This document shows positions 20,237 through 28,013 of a DNA stretch of 64,000 bases, one piece after another; the first letter of the stretch is position 1; each line of letters starts with the position of its first letter. The notes beneath the pieces were generated by a model, which saw only the letters and a program-made list of their open reading frames with translations, was not told the origin of the DNA and ran no database searches. This DNA comes from Pseudomonas phage PhiPA3, in sequence record HQ630627.1; one strand, given 5' to 3'. The translations under genes and the position numbers were made by a program.

Positions 20237-20481
20237 TGAGTGACAAACTCTCTCTGAAGAAAAACGCCTCTGAATATACTCCGGCGACTGAACTAGGTGA
20301 TCTCACTCAGTACGTGGAGCGTACATTCGTTTGTAACCGTAACGGCCAAGTCACCGCAGTCAAATTGGCTGAAGTGAAGAACCGTAACGTGCGGCTCGAA
20401 TATCCGGGCGGTCGTGCTGACTCGTTCAGCCTTCCTCAGGAAAAGTTCCGTAAGCTCTATCAACTGGCACCCGCCGCTTGA
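20236..20481 (+). CDS. Hypothetical protein (81 aa)
   Basis: TAATG overlap with the upstream gene. Followed by a terminator. Confidence 0.45.
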   Translation: MSDKLSLKKNASEYTPATELGDLTQYVERTFVCNRNGQVTAVKLAEVKNRNVRLEYPGGRADSFSLPQEKFRKLYQLAPAA

Positions 20482-20487
20482 ATTTCA

Positions 20488-20518
20488 GGGAGCCTTCGGG
20501 CTCCCTTTCTATTTTGCT
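20488..20518 (+). terminator. Intrinsic terminator GGGAGCC-TTCG-GGCTCCC + TTTCTATTTTG
   Basis: Perfect 7-bp stem with UUCG loop and a T-rich tail. Confidence 0.7.
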
Positions 20519-20526
20519 AAGGAGTG

Positions 20527-21231
20527 ATGATGCGTTACATTCTACTTTGTTTGCTGGTACTGGCTGGCTCAGTATGGGGTAATCCGGTAAAAGACCCAGT
20601 GGTCTACAAACATGTACCGTATTGGTACACTGTCCAAACTCCAAAGGAAATCTCCTGTGTCTATACACCTGGAGCGAATATGGGGATGTGCGGTGTTCCC
20701 AATTATCCGGATGAAGTAACGGTATCTGTTACCCGTCGCTCTGATTACACCGAGGAACGCGCCTACAGGGTCGCAACGTATATCCAGTACGTCTGCATTG
20801 ACGGTGTGTGTTCCGATGCGTATGGAGCAATTGGAGGCGTTCTAGAGGGTGAAGTAGGCATCACGTACTGGGAGCTTCCTCGTGGTTACTATGTGACTAC
20901 CGAGCAAGGACAATACAAAGCTTACAAGCATGGGAACGGACCGCTGGCACAGCGATTTCCGATCCGGGATGTACTGCTCAACGGTGAATCCATCGATGGT
21001 TTTTACGTGTCGGTTGAACAAACACAAAATCTTTACAATGTACACTGCAATGTTCAAACACAACGCTGTGAATATCTGGGGCGTGAGCTGACGCTGTTGG
21101 AACTCGCTCAATTGGTACCCTTTGTGAAAACCGATATGTGCGATGCGTATCTGTGCTATATCAACAGCAACAAAGCCATGGTGGCTGGGATAAACCCTGA
21201 CCGTAAGGATATCTACGTAGGGCTACGATAA
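20527..21231 (+). CDS. Exported Cys-rich protein (signal peptide, about 9 Cys)
   Basis: N-terminus MMRYILLCLLVLAGSVWG then NPV looks like a Sec signal. Many Cys in the mature part. SD AAGGAG. Confidence 0.55.
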   Translation: MMRYILLCLLVLAGSVWGNPVKDPVVYKHVPYWYTVQTPKEISCVYTPGANMGMCGVPNYPDEVTVSVTRRSDYTEERAYRVATYIQYVCIDGVCSDAYGAIGGVLEGEVGITYWELPRGYYVTTEQGQYKAYKHGNGPLAQRFPIRDVLLNGESIDGFYVSVEQTQNLYNVHCNVQTQRCEYLGRELTLLELAQLVPFVKTDMCDAYLCYINSNKAMVAGINPDRKDIYVGLR

Positions 21232-21566
21232 TGGGTGAATTCTTTATTGACGACCGGCGTCAAATCGAGATGTACCTACTCAGTGAAATACAGGCTAAGG
21301 TCCGTGCATCTCATCTACGGGTAAAATGGTTAGCCGATTACAACGTGTTTGTCGAAACCGTCAGTGAAAGAATTGCTGTAGCCATTCTCATCACCAAAGA
21401 TAGTAAAATCTTGGTACTGACGTACGACATTCAACGTGATCCCACGATATGGAAGACATGGGATGACCATATCAACCCCGATACCGCCATTCACAAACAA
21501 CAATTCAATCGAAACGAGATTGATCCTGCTGCAACTGTGGTTATCTTGGAATTGATGTCCGTGTGA
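21231..21566 (+). CDS. Hypothetical protein (111 aa)
   Basis: TAATG overlap with the upstream gene. Confidence 0.45.
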   Translation: MGEFFIDDRRQIEMYLLSEIQAKVRASHLRVKWLADYNVFVETVSERIAVAILITKDSKILVLTYDIQRDPTIWKTWDDHINPDTAIHKQQFNRNEIDPAATVVILELMSV

Positions 21567-21574
21567 ACATAATA

Positions 21575-21620
21575 GCCCTCTCCCGAAGGAGAGGGCGTTA
21601 TGCCATTATTTTTTTACTTG
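21575..21620 (+). terminator. Intrinsic terminator GCCCTCTCC-CGAA-GGAGAGGGC + T tract
   Basis: 9-bp stem followed by TTATTTTTTTAC. Confidence 0.7.
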
Positions 21621-21652
21621 TTTCGTCACCTTATGTACCCAAGGAGAATTTA

Positions 21653-22012
21653 ATGATCAACTGGATCCGACGACACTATAAACGTAGACGCTGTAGTCGT
21701 GGTGAATTAATAGCTATTAATGAGTTGATACTCAAGGCAGCTCGACGACAGAATTATGACCTAGCTCACCTGATCTCTTACCTTGGTGATGGTAATGACC
21801 CAGTTGTACTAGACCAGATCAGAAATGAATTCTATAGTTTGTACCATCATTACAGATCGGTGTTTGATCCAGCTGACTTCGGTAAAAACTATCGAACCAA
21901 GTTAGGTCAGAACCTTATGGAAGCTGATCTAAAGATCGGTCAGTTTAAAGAACTGTGCGACAAGCATGGCATTGATTATTCCCACATTGTAGCAAACGAT
22001 ATTCCGTTCTAA
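21653..22012 (+). CDS. Hypothetical protein (about 119 aa)
   Basis: ATG at 21653 with AAGGAGAATTTA upstream. The track ORF 21563.. spans the terminator and is 5'-overextended. Confidence 0.5.
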   Translation: MINWIRRHYKRRRCSRGELIAINELILKAARRQNYDLAHLISYLGDGNDPVVLDQIRNEFYSLYHHYRSVFDPADFGKNYRTKLGQNLMEADLKIGQFKELCDKHGIDYSHIVANDIPF

Positions 22013-22021
22013 GGACACCCC

Positions 22022-22384
22022 ATGGATTTCCAAACTCTGTTTGAATTGTTCTTCCTTTTACTCGTTGGTCACGCTGTCTGTGATTACGCTTTACAAAACG
22101 ATTTCATGGCTATGGCCAAGAATCACACTACCGAATTGGGTAAGATATACTGGAAGTTCGTTTTGCCATCACATGGATTAATCCATGGGGGTTGGGTGTA
22201 TTTTGCTACAGGTTCAATTGCTTTTGGTGTACTGGAAACCATCATCCATTGCATCACCGATTACTTGAAGTGTGGTAATAAAATCAGCTTCAATACAGAT
22301 CAATGGATTCACATTGCTTGTAAAGTTCTTTGGGTTATCTTGGTTGGATTCCAGTTCGACTTCCTCGATTTGCTTCTTTTCTGA
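22022..22384 (+). CDS. Small integral membrane protein (120 aa, 3-4 TM segments)
   Basis: Hydrophobic segments FELFFLLLVGHAV, WVYFATGSIAFGVL and VLWVILVGF. Confidence 0.5.
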   Translation: MDFQTLFELFFLLLVGHAVCDYALQNDFMAMAKNHTTELGKIYWKFVLPSHGLIHGGWVYFATGSIAFGVLETIIHCITDYLKCGNKISFNTDQWIHIACKVLWVILVGFQFDFLDLLLF

Positions 22385-22389
22385 CTACG

Positions 22390-22412
22390 GCCTCCCCTCG
22401 GGGAGGCTCTAT
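22390..22412 (+). terminator. Intrinsic terminator GCCTCCCC-TC-GGGGAGGC + TCTATG
   Basis: GC stem directly after the stop. Confidence 0.55.
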
Positions 22413-22423
22413 GCCGCTATTCT

Positions 22424-22945
22424 ATGAATCAACGGCACTTTGGGGGACACATGCCTCTTACCTGTACCAAAGTCCCAGAGATAGACCAATTTGTAACCGA
22501 AGGGAAGCATATCGGCTATTTCGGAAAAGAGGACAATATAACCGACCTGCCGTCTGTGATTGGCGATTGGAATATCCGAGCGATCTATGATCGGGTGAAC
22601 CCCACAACAGGATACATCGTTGCGGTTCCTTCGAATACACGTACCCGCGTTATTTATAATACTGGGCGTGCAAATTGGCTGCAATCACTCGGCTACACTA
22701 GTAAACAGGCTGACTTGTATATCAGGGCGAGCACTATCGTGAATGGTCGTTGGGACCATCGCGTTGCTGAATTTGTACTGAAACATTTCCACATGGACGA
22801 TTACGTCATTGAGGAAGTAATACAGAGCGATCGCCCTAAGAAAGTTTGCCAAGAAAACAACATTAATACCAAACTCTCAGCGCGTAAGATTTTGACAGCC
22901 TGTCAGATACTTTACAACATGCGCTTTACTCTGGTAGGGGCCTAG
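22424..22945 (+). CDS. Hypothetical protein (173 aa; start may be 22451)
   Basis: ORF. Alternative ATG at 22451 has GGGGGA upstream. Confidence 0.45.
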   Translation: MNQRHFGGHMPLTCTKVPEIDQFVTEGKHIGYFGKEDNITDLPSVIGDWNIRAIYDRVNPTTGYIVAVPSNTRTRVIYNTGRANWLQSLGYTSKQADLYIRASTIVNGRWDHRVAEFVLKHFHMDDYVIEEVIQSDRPKKVCQENNINTKLSARKILTACQILYNMRFTLVGA

Positions 22946-22960
22946 GCCCCTATTTATTTC
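22936..22960 (+). terminator. Intrinsic terminator AGGGGCC-TA-GGCCCCT + ATTTATTTCG
   Basis: Stem plus T-rich tail. Confidence 0.6.
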
Positions 22961-23004
22961 GTCGTACGCTATTCTATGACTTTAAATCGTAAAGGTTTGA
23001 CCCT

Positions 23005-23439
23005 ATGAATTTTTTCGTTGATGCCGAATTCGACGTACCCACTGATAAACTAATCTCTTTAGCGATCGTCTCTGAAGACGGTAACCGTGAGTTCTATGAA
23101 GTTATAGACTATACTGGGATTCAGGATGAATGGGTAATGAAAAACGTTATTCCCATTCTTCAGAAGGAACCTGTATCGTTTGAAGAATTCCAAAACAGAT
23201 TGGCAAAGTTTGTGCAGCAATTTGCTGGCATGCACATTATCGTAAACCACCCGAATGATGTACTCTATTTCAACAGAGCTCTGTTGCAGGAGAAAGGTAA
23301 GTGGATTATGATTCAGCCATTGACTTTTGAGATCGACGACGACCTCAGCGGGAAAGGTTCCAAACTTTTACACAACGCGTTACATGATAGTCGAGCGACG
23401 CGAATCGACTGGCTAAAGAAGAACGGATTTCAGCCTTGA
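23005..23439 (+). CDS. DEDDh-family 3'-5' exonuclease-like protein (144 aa)
   Basis: FFVDAEFD (Exo I D-x-E) and C-terminal HNALHDSRAT (Exo III H-x4-D). Confidence 0.45.
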   Translation: MNFFVDAEFDVPTDKLISLAIVSEDGNREFYEVIDYTGIQDEWVMKNVIPILQKEPVSFEEFQNRLAKFVQQFAGMHIIVNHPNDVLYFNRALLQEKGKWIMIQPLTFEIDDDLSGKGSKLLHNALHDSRATRIDWLKKNGFQP

Positions 23440-23513
23440 AGCCTCTCGAATAGATAACGTCTAGACCGAATATATCTGGAACATTAAATGTTACCGTCTG
23501 TGGACTATTAAAA

Positions 23514-24185
23514 ATGTCTGTTTATGAGCAAATGACCAACCAACCAGATCGCAAGTGCAGATCTGAAACACTACTGCGCTTACTGATCTCCACAAGTTAC
23601 CCCCATGCAACATTAGCCGATCTCACCTTTGCTTTCTCCAATCATAGCGGTCAGAAAGATCTTGATGAACTAGAGAAGATTGCTATACAGATGAAGGACG
23701 TTGAGCGATCCTTCGATATGTTTGACTTCATTCGATGCATCGAGCTTAAACGCCAGGGTGAGCAAATTCAAATCCAGGTTAAACGTCTGGACTTTGATCC
23801 GACTATGCGTACGCTGGAAGACAGTTCCGATACACATGAAGCAATGGCAACCAGTTCAGTTCATCTGACCGATGAACGAGTGAATCTTGCCGATGTCGAT
23901 GTACTAGCTACCCGCTTGCTTGAAATTTTCTATCGTTCTCAAGTTAAAGTGAAGAAGAAAGGGAACGAGATTGCAACTACGGTTTGGAAGAGTCGAACCA
24001 AGCATATTGATCGCCGTAATCCGAAAGCAGAGACAAAAGTTGTAGAAGCTGAATTGGATTTCCAAGCAGCTATTGAAATGATCTCCACGTCTCTTCGCAA
24101 GCGCCGCTTCCACATCCTGTTGACACAGAATACAATTCTACTACTGGATCAGAAGAGCCGCATTTGGGGTGTGTCCAAAGCGTGA
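23514..24185 (+). CDS. Hypothetical protein (223 aa)
   Basis: ORF, no motif recognised. Confidence 0.45.
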   Translation: MSVYEQMTNQPDRKCRSETLLRLLISTSYPHATLADLTFAFSNHSGQKDLDELEKIAIQMKDVERSFDMFDFIRCIELKRQGEQIQIQVKRLDFDPTMRTLEDSSDTHEAMATSSVHLTDERVNLADVDVLATRLLEIFYRSQVKVKKKGNEIATTVWKSRTKHIDRRNPKAETKVVEAELDFQAAIEMISTSLRKRRFHILLTQNTILLLDQKSRIWGVSKA

Positions 24186-24364
24186 GTTAAAAACTTACAC
24201 TTTCCCCAATGATATAGCCAAGGCAGTACGCGTAAGCGCTGCACATTAAGGGGGTGATCCAGCCAATACTTAACCTGATACGTTAAGGCATTTGCGGGAG
24301 CAAAAGCGAGTATCTAACTACGGCGCCTTGGACTAGCTTGGAGCATCGATTCAAGCGGCATAAC

Positions 24365-24392
24365 AGCCCAGCTTCGGCTGGGCTTTATGTCG
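24365..24392 (+). terminator. Intrinsic terminator AGCCCAGC-TTCG-GCTGGGCT + TTATG
   Basis: 8-bp stem with UUCG loop. Lies in a 260-nt ORF-free region. Confidence 0.65.
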
Positions 24393-24446
24393 TCTTACTC
24401 GGGAGCCAATCTTATGACTTTCTAAAATCCTGACGGAATCACTCAC

Positions 24447-27400
24447 ATGTTCGATACATTTCGCACGCTCTTCAGCGGACTAGACGTAAAAGAAACCGAC
24501 ACGGAGATTATCATCAGTGGTGTAGCTGCTAATGAGATCATTCGTGATATGGACAAGTTCTGGAAGACTACCAAGTTGACTGGGAACATGTTCAATAATG
24601 TCTCTCGTCGCTCGATGAGCTTCTATAAGTTCTTTGCTCCAGAAGTCATGTACATGCTGGAGAACATCAAACACTACCGGAATCGTTGGACGTCTATTAA
24701 GGCGATCAATGCGATTCGCGAAGCGTTGATGGAACATACCTGGTTAAAGGGTACCATTCCAGTTGATCCCAATACTGTACCTGGTCGTTTGGATCTACGT
24801 AAGCTCCAGAACTTACATTTTGACGCAATGACCTACCAGATGGAGTATTTCCAGAACTACTCCTATAGACTCGACCAATACGGTTTAAAAGGTGATCTGA
24901 TCGCAGCTGCTGCCGGCACAGGTAAAGCCCAGCCGCTAACTTCCATGGTCAAAGTACCGGGTGGTTGGAAAGCCATGGGTAATATTCAAGTAGGTGATGT
25001 TGTTACTGCTTGGGACGGTACTCCAACTAAGGTAACTGGCGTTTATCCGCAAGGAAAGAAACAAACCTTTACCGTCACCTTCAAAGACGGCCGGACCACC
25101 AAAGCCTGTGACGAGCACCTGTGGAATGTGTACTGCCAAGATTGGACCCGTTACGGTGGAACCGGGTGGCGCGTAATCAACACCTTGGAGTTATTCGGTC
25201 GTATCCAAAGCGGGAAACAACGGCTGTATGTGCAGTTGTGCAAATCCGAGGAAGGTATTGATGTAGAACTTCCCATTGATCCTTACAACCTGGGAGTTAT
25301 CCTTGGTGACGGATGCATCAGCTCAAACTGTGTGTCGGTGACTAGTGGTGACCCGCAGCTCTTCACAGAGTTCGCTAAAGCCCTTCCAGAAAATCTGGAA
25401 TTGATCACCCGTGATGACATCACGATGGGCGTAATCAACAAAAAGGGTGAACGTAATCCGTATACCAGTGCGTTGCGTGAGATGGGGCTACTTGGTGAGA
25501 ACTCACTGACTAAGTTCATCCCGCAAAACTACCTGATGGCGTCCACTGCACAGCGTTTGGCTTTGGTTCAGGGGCTGATGGACACCGATGGTACTGTTGA
25601 TGTTAACAGTAGCCTGAGTTTCTCGACCAGCAGTTACATGTTGGCCAAACAATTCCAGTATCTGATTCGTTCGCTAGGTGGAATCGCGAAGATCTCGTTC
25701 AAGGAGCCAACCTACACCTACAATGGTGTTAAACAGTACGGGAACATGTCGTACCGGGTACTTGTCCGCTTCGATGTGCCATCAGCTCTTTTCCGACTCG
25801 ACCGCAAGTTAGCACGGTGCAATGACAATCATCAGTACACGGAGAATCTTCGGTTGCAGATCAAGCATGTGAACGTGTCAGACCGGGTAGAGTGTCAATG
25901 CATTCAGGTAGAGCATCAGGACCACCTGTACGTTACCGATGATTTCATTGTGACGCACAACACCTACATGACTTCAGCCATTGCAGAAATGCGCAGTGCG
26001 GAGTTGATTGTTGTAATCTGCCCCAAACAAGCATTAGAAACCGTCTGGTTAGAATCTATCCCCGATATGTTCAAAGCCAAACAGAGCGTCTGGAGTTCAG
26101 CGAATAAACACGCTCCCTATAAAGGTGAGCGTTGGATTGTTTGCCACTACGACGCTATGGATCGACTGATCGAACTACTCCGTGATCAGCGAGTCTATAA
26201 AGGTAAACGGGTTGTAACTATCCTTGATGAATCCCACAACCTGAACGATCCAAACTCGGCTCGGTCTTTGTACTATCAGACCATCTGTAAGATCCTAGGT
26301 AGCGAAGACAATCTGTTTGCATCGGGTACACCGGTGAAAGCACTTGGCTCTGAACTAATCGGTTTACTGCGTGTGGTGGATGACATGTTCACACCAGCGG
26401 TAGAAGAACGGTTCCGCAAGATGTACGGTAAAGAAGCCAGTAAAGGTCTTGATATTATCCGTCATCGCTTGGGTCTAATGTCCTTTAAGGTGGAGAAGAA
26501 AGAAACTGGTCTCCAACCTCCGATCATGAAGCCGTATCCAATCAAGATCCCCAATGGGGAACTGTTCACGCTACCGATGATCAAAAAGGACATGGAGAAA
26601 TTCATCAATGAACGCTGGGCTTATTATAAGTCCCGTCGTCCGAATGATGAGAAACTCTGGAACCAGATGTTGGATATCCATCGCAAGTCACTCAAGACAC
26701 GCGATCAAGTCAAAGCCTTTGAAGACTACCTGCGTTTGGTAGAACTCGTTAAGCGTACTCCTGACCCTCGTTACATCGGTGAGGAAATCAAGGCAACGAA
26801 CGTTTACGAGAAGCGGATCTTTGAACCGACCCTTCCACGCACGATGATCCATCAGTTCCGTGACATCAAGTCCGTGATCAAATACACCAACCTTAAGATC
26901 CAAGGTGAATGCCTGGGTCGAGTGTTGGGTGGTAAACGGATTGAAGCGCACGTAGCGATGGTTCCGTATATCGATTGGGTGGGGATTGTTGAGTCTACTG
27001 AGAAGAAGACGATCATGTTCACAAGCTTCGTTGAAGCGGTGGAAGCGTCTGAAATTCACACTACTAAACTAGGGATGAAACCCACAGTTGTGTACGGTAA
27101 GACGACAGGGGATCTAGCAGGCATCGTTAAACGCTTCGATGAAAATAAGTCCATCAACCCATTGTTAGCAACCTTCGCTTCGCTATCTACAGCTGTACGC
27201 TTGACCATGGCTGACACCATGATCCTATTGAACTCTCCATTCCGTGCCTATATTCTGGAACAAGCCATCGCGCGTATCTATCGCATGGGTCAAGACTCGC
27301 AAACTTACGTCTACCAATGCACACTTGATACGGGGGAGGTTCCGAACATCTCTACGCGATCCGCTGACATCCTGGCGTGGTCTACTGCTCAAGTGGAAGC

Positions 27401-27617
27401 GATCATGGGTATCAAGTCTCCTCTGCAAATGGAGGATGCGGCCAGCTTTGAAAATCTAGCTGAAGAACTCAAGTACGATGAGAACCGAATCATGCATCGG
27501 ATTCTGGCTAATGCTTTCGAAGCGTATGGTATTGAAATTTCCCAAGAAGACTTCATTGTGAAGTCTGTTGTTAAACACAAACCTTTAGTGCCCGCATACA
27601 TGCGGTTCGGAGGATAA
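24447..27617 (+). CDS. SF2 (DExH) helicase, intein-containing precursor
   Basis: Walker A AAAGTGK|(intein)|TYMTSA, motif II VVTILDESHNL, motif III ASGTPV. Confidence 0.65.
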   Translation: MFDTFRTLFSGLDVKETDTEIIISGVAANEIIRDMDKFWKTTKLTGNMFNNVSRRSMSFYKFFAPEVMYMLENIKHYRNRWTSIKAINAIREALMEHTWLKGTIPVDPNTVPGRLDLRKLQNLHFDAMTYQMEYFQNYSYRLDQYGLKGDLIAAAAGTGKAQPLTSMVKVPGGWKAMGNIQVGDVVTAWDGTPTKVTGVYPQGKKQTFTVTFKDGRTTKACDEHLWNVYCQDWTRYGGTGWRVINTLELFGRIQSGKQRLYVQLCKSEEGIDVELPIDPYNLGVILGDGCISSNCVSVTSGDPQLFTEFAKALPENLELITRDDITMGVINKKGERNPYTSALREMGLLGENSLTKFIPQNYLMASTAQRLALVQGLMDTDGTVDVNSSLSFSTSSYMLAKQFQYLIRSLGGIAKISFKEPTYTYNGVKQYGNMSYRVLVRFDVPSALFRLDRKLARCNDNHQYTENLRLQIKHVNVSDRVECQCIQVEHQDHLYVTDDFIVTHNTYMTSAIAEMRSAELIVVICPKQALETVWLESIPDMFKAKQSVWSSANKHAPYKGERWIVCHYDAMDRLIELLRDQRVYKGKRVVTILDESHNLNDPNSARSLYYQTICKILGSEDNLFASGTPVKALGSELIGLLRVVDDMFTPAVEERFRKMYGKEASKGLDIIRHRLGLMSFKVEKKETGLQPPIMKPYPIKIPNGELFTLPMIKKDMEKFINERWAYYKSRRPNDEKLWNQMLDIHRKSLKTRDQVKAFEDYLRLVELVKRTPDPRYIGEEIKATNVYEKRIFEPTLPRTMIHQFRDIKSVIKYTNLKIQGECLGRVLGGKRIEAHVAMVPYIDWVGIVESTEKKTIMFTSFVEAVEASEIHTTKLGMKPTVVYGKTTGDLAGIVKRFDENKSINPLLATFASLSTAVRLTMADTMILLNSPFRAYILEQAIARIYRMGQDSQTYVYQCTLDTGEVPNISTRSADILAWSTAQVEAIMGIKSPLQMEDAASFENLAEELKYDENRIMHRILANAFEAYGIEISQEDFIVKSVVKHKPLVPAYMRFGG
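24927..25961 (+). mobile_element. Intein (about 345 aa) with LAGLIDADG homing-endonuclease domain, inserted in the helicase Walker A motif
   Basis: Hint blocks: MGNIQVGDVV; block B GRTTKACDEHLW; two LAGLIDADG motifs LGVILGDGCI and LVQGLMDTDGTV; block F/G VEHQDHLYV..FIVTHN then +1 Thr. Extein junction rebuilds GTGKT. Confidence 0.7.
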
Positions 27618-27619
27618 TA

Positions 27620-28006
27620 ATGGCACGTTCTACAGCCGCAACAATGCTGGCAGCACTTCAGAAGTACTTTACTAAAGTTGAAGAGCGATTAGATAGTGGT
27701 GGCAGTGGTGGGGTGAATGCCCTGTATTTTGCAAATGGCTCTATTGCAGCCGGTGCTACCACTCAGAAAGATCTAACTACGATTACTGGTGCACCGACTG
27801 GCAAAGATTGGCGCTCGGCAATTGTGCAAGTACTGGTCAAAGATGTAACGGCCGGTTCCCCTACTCTAAACTGCTGGTTAGATGGTAGTGCATTATTCAC
27901 GTATGGCATTGATGAAGCTGGGGTATTCAAGATCACTAACTTGAGTACGACCGGACAACTCTACGCTGTCACCATTCTTGCCCCCTCTTCCGCTAAAATT
28001 GGTTAG
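27620..28006 (+). CDS. Hypothetical small structural protein (128 aa)
   Basis: SD GGAGGATAATA-ATG, abuts the helicase stop. Gly/Thr-rich. Confidence 0.45.
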   Translation: MARSTAATMLAALQKYFTKVEERLDSGGSGGVNALYFANGSIAAGATTQKDLTTITGAPTGKDWRSAIVQVLVKDVTAGSPTLNCWLDGSALFTYGIDEAGVFKITNLSTTGQLYAVTILAPSSAKIG

Positions 28007-28013
28007 GTGATGT

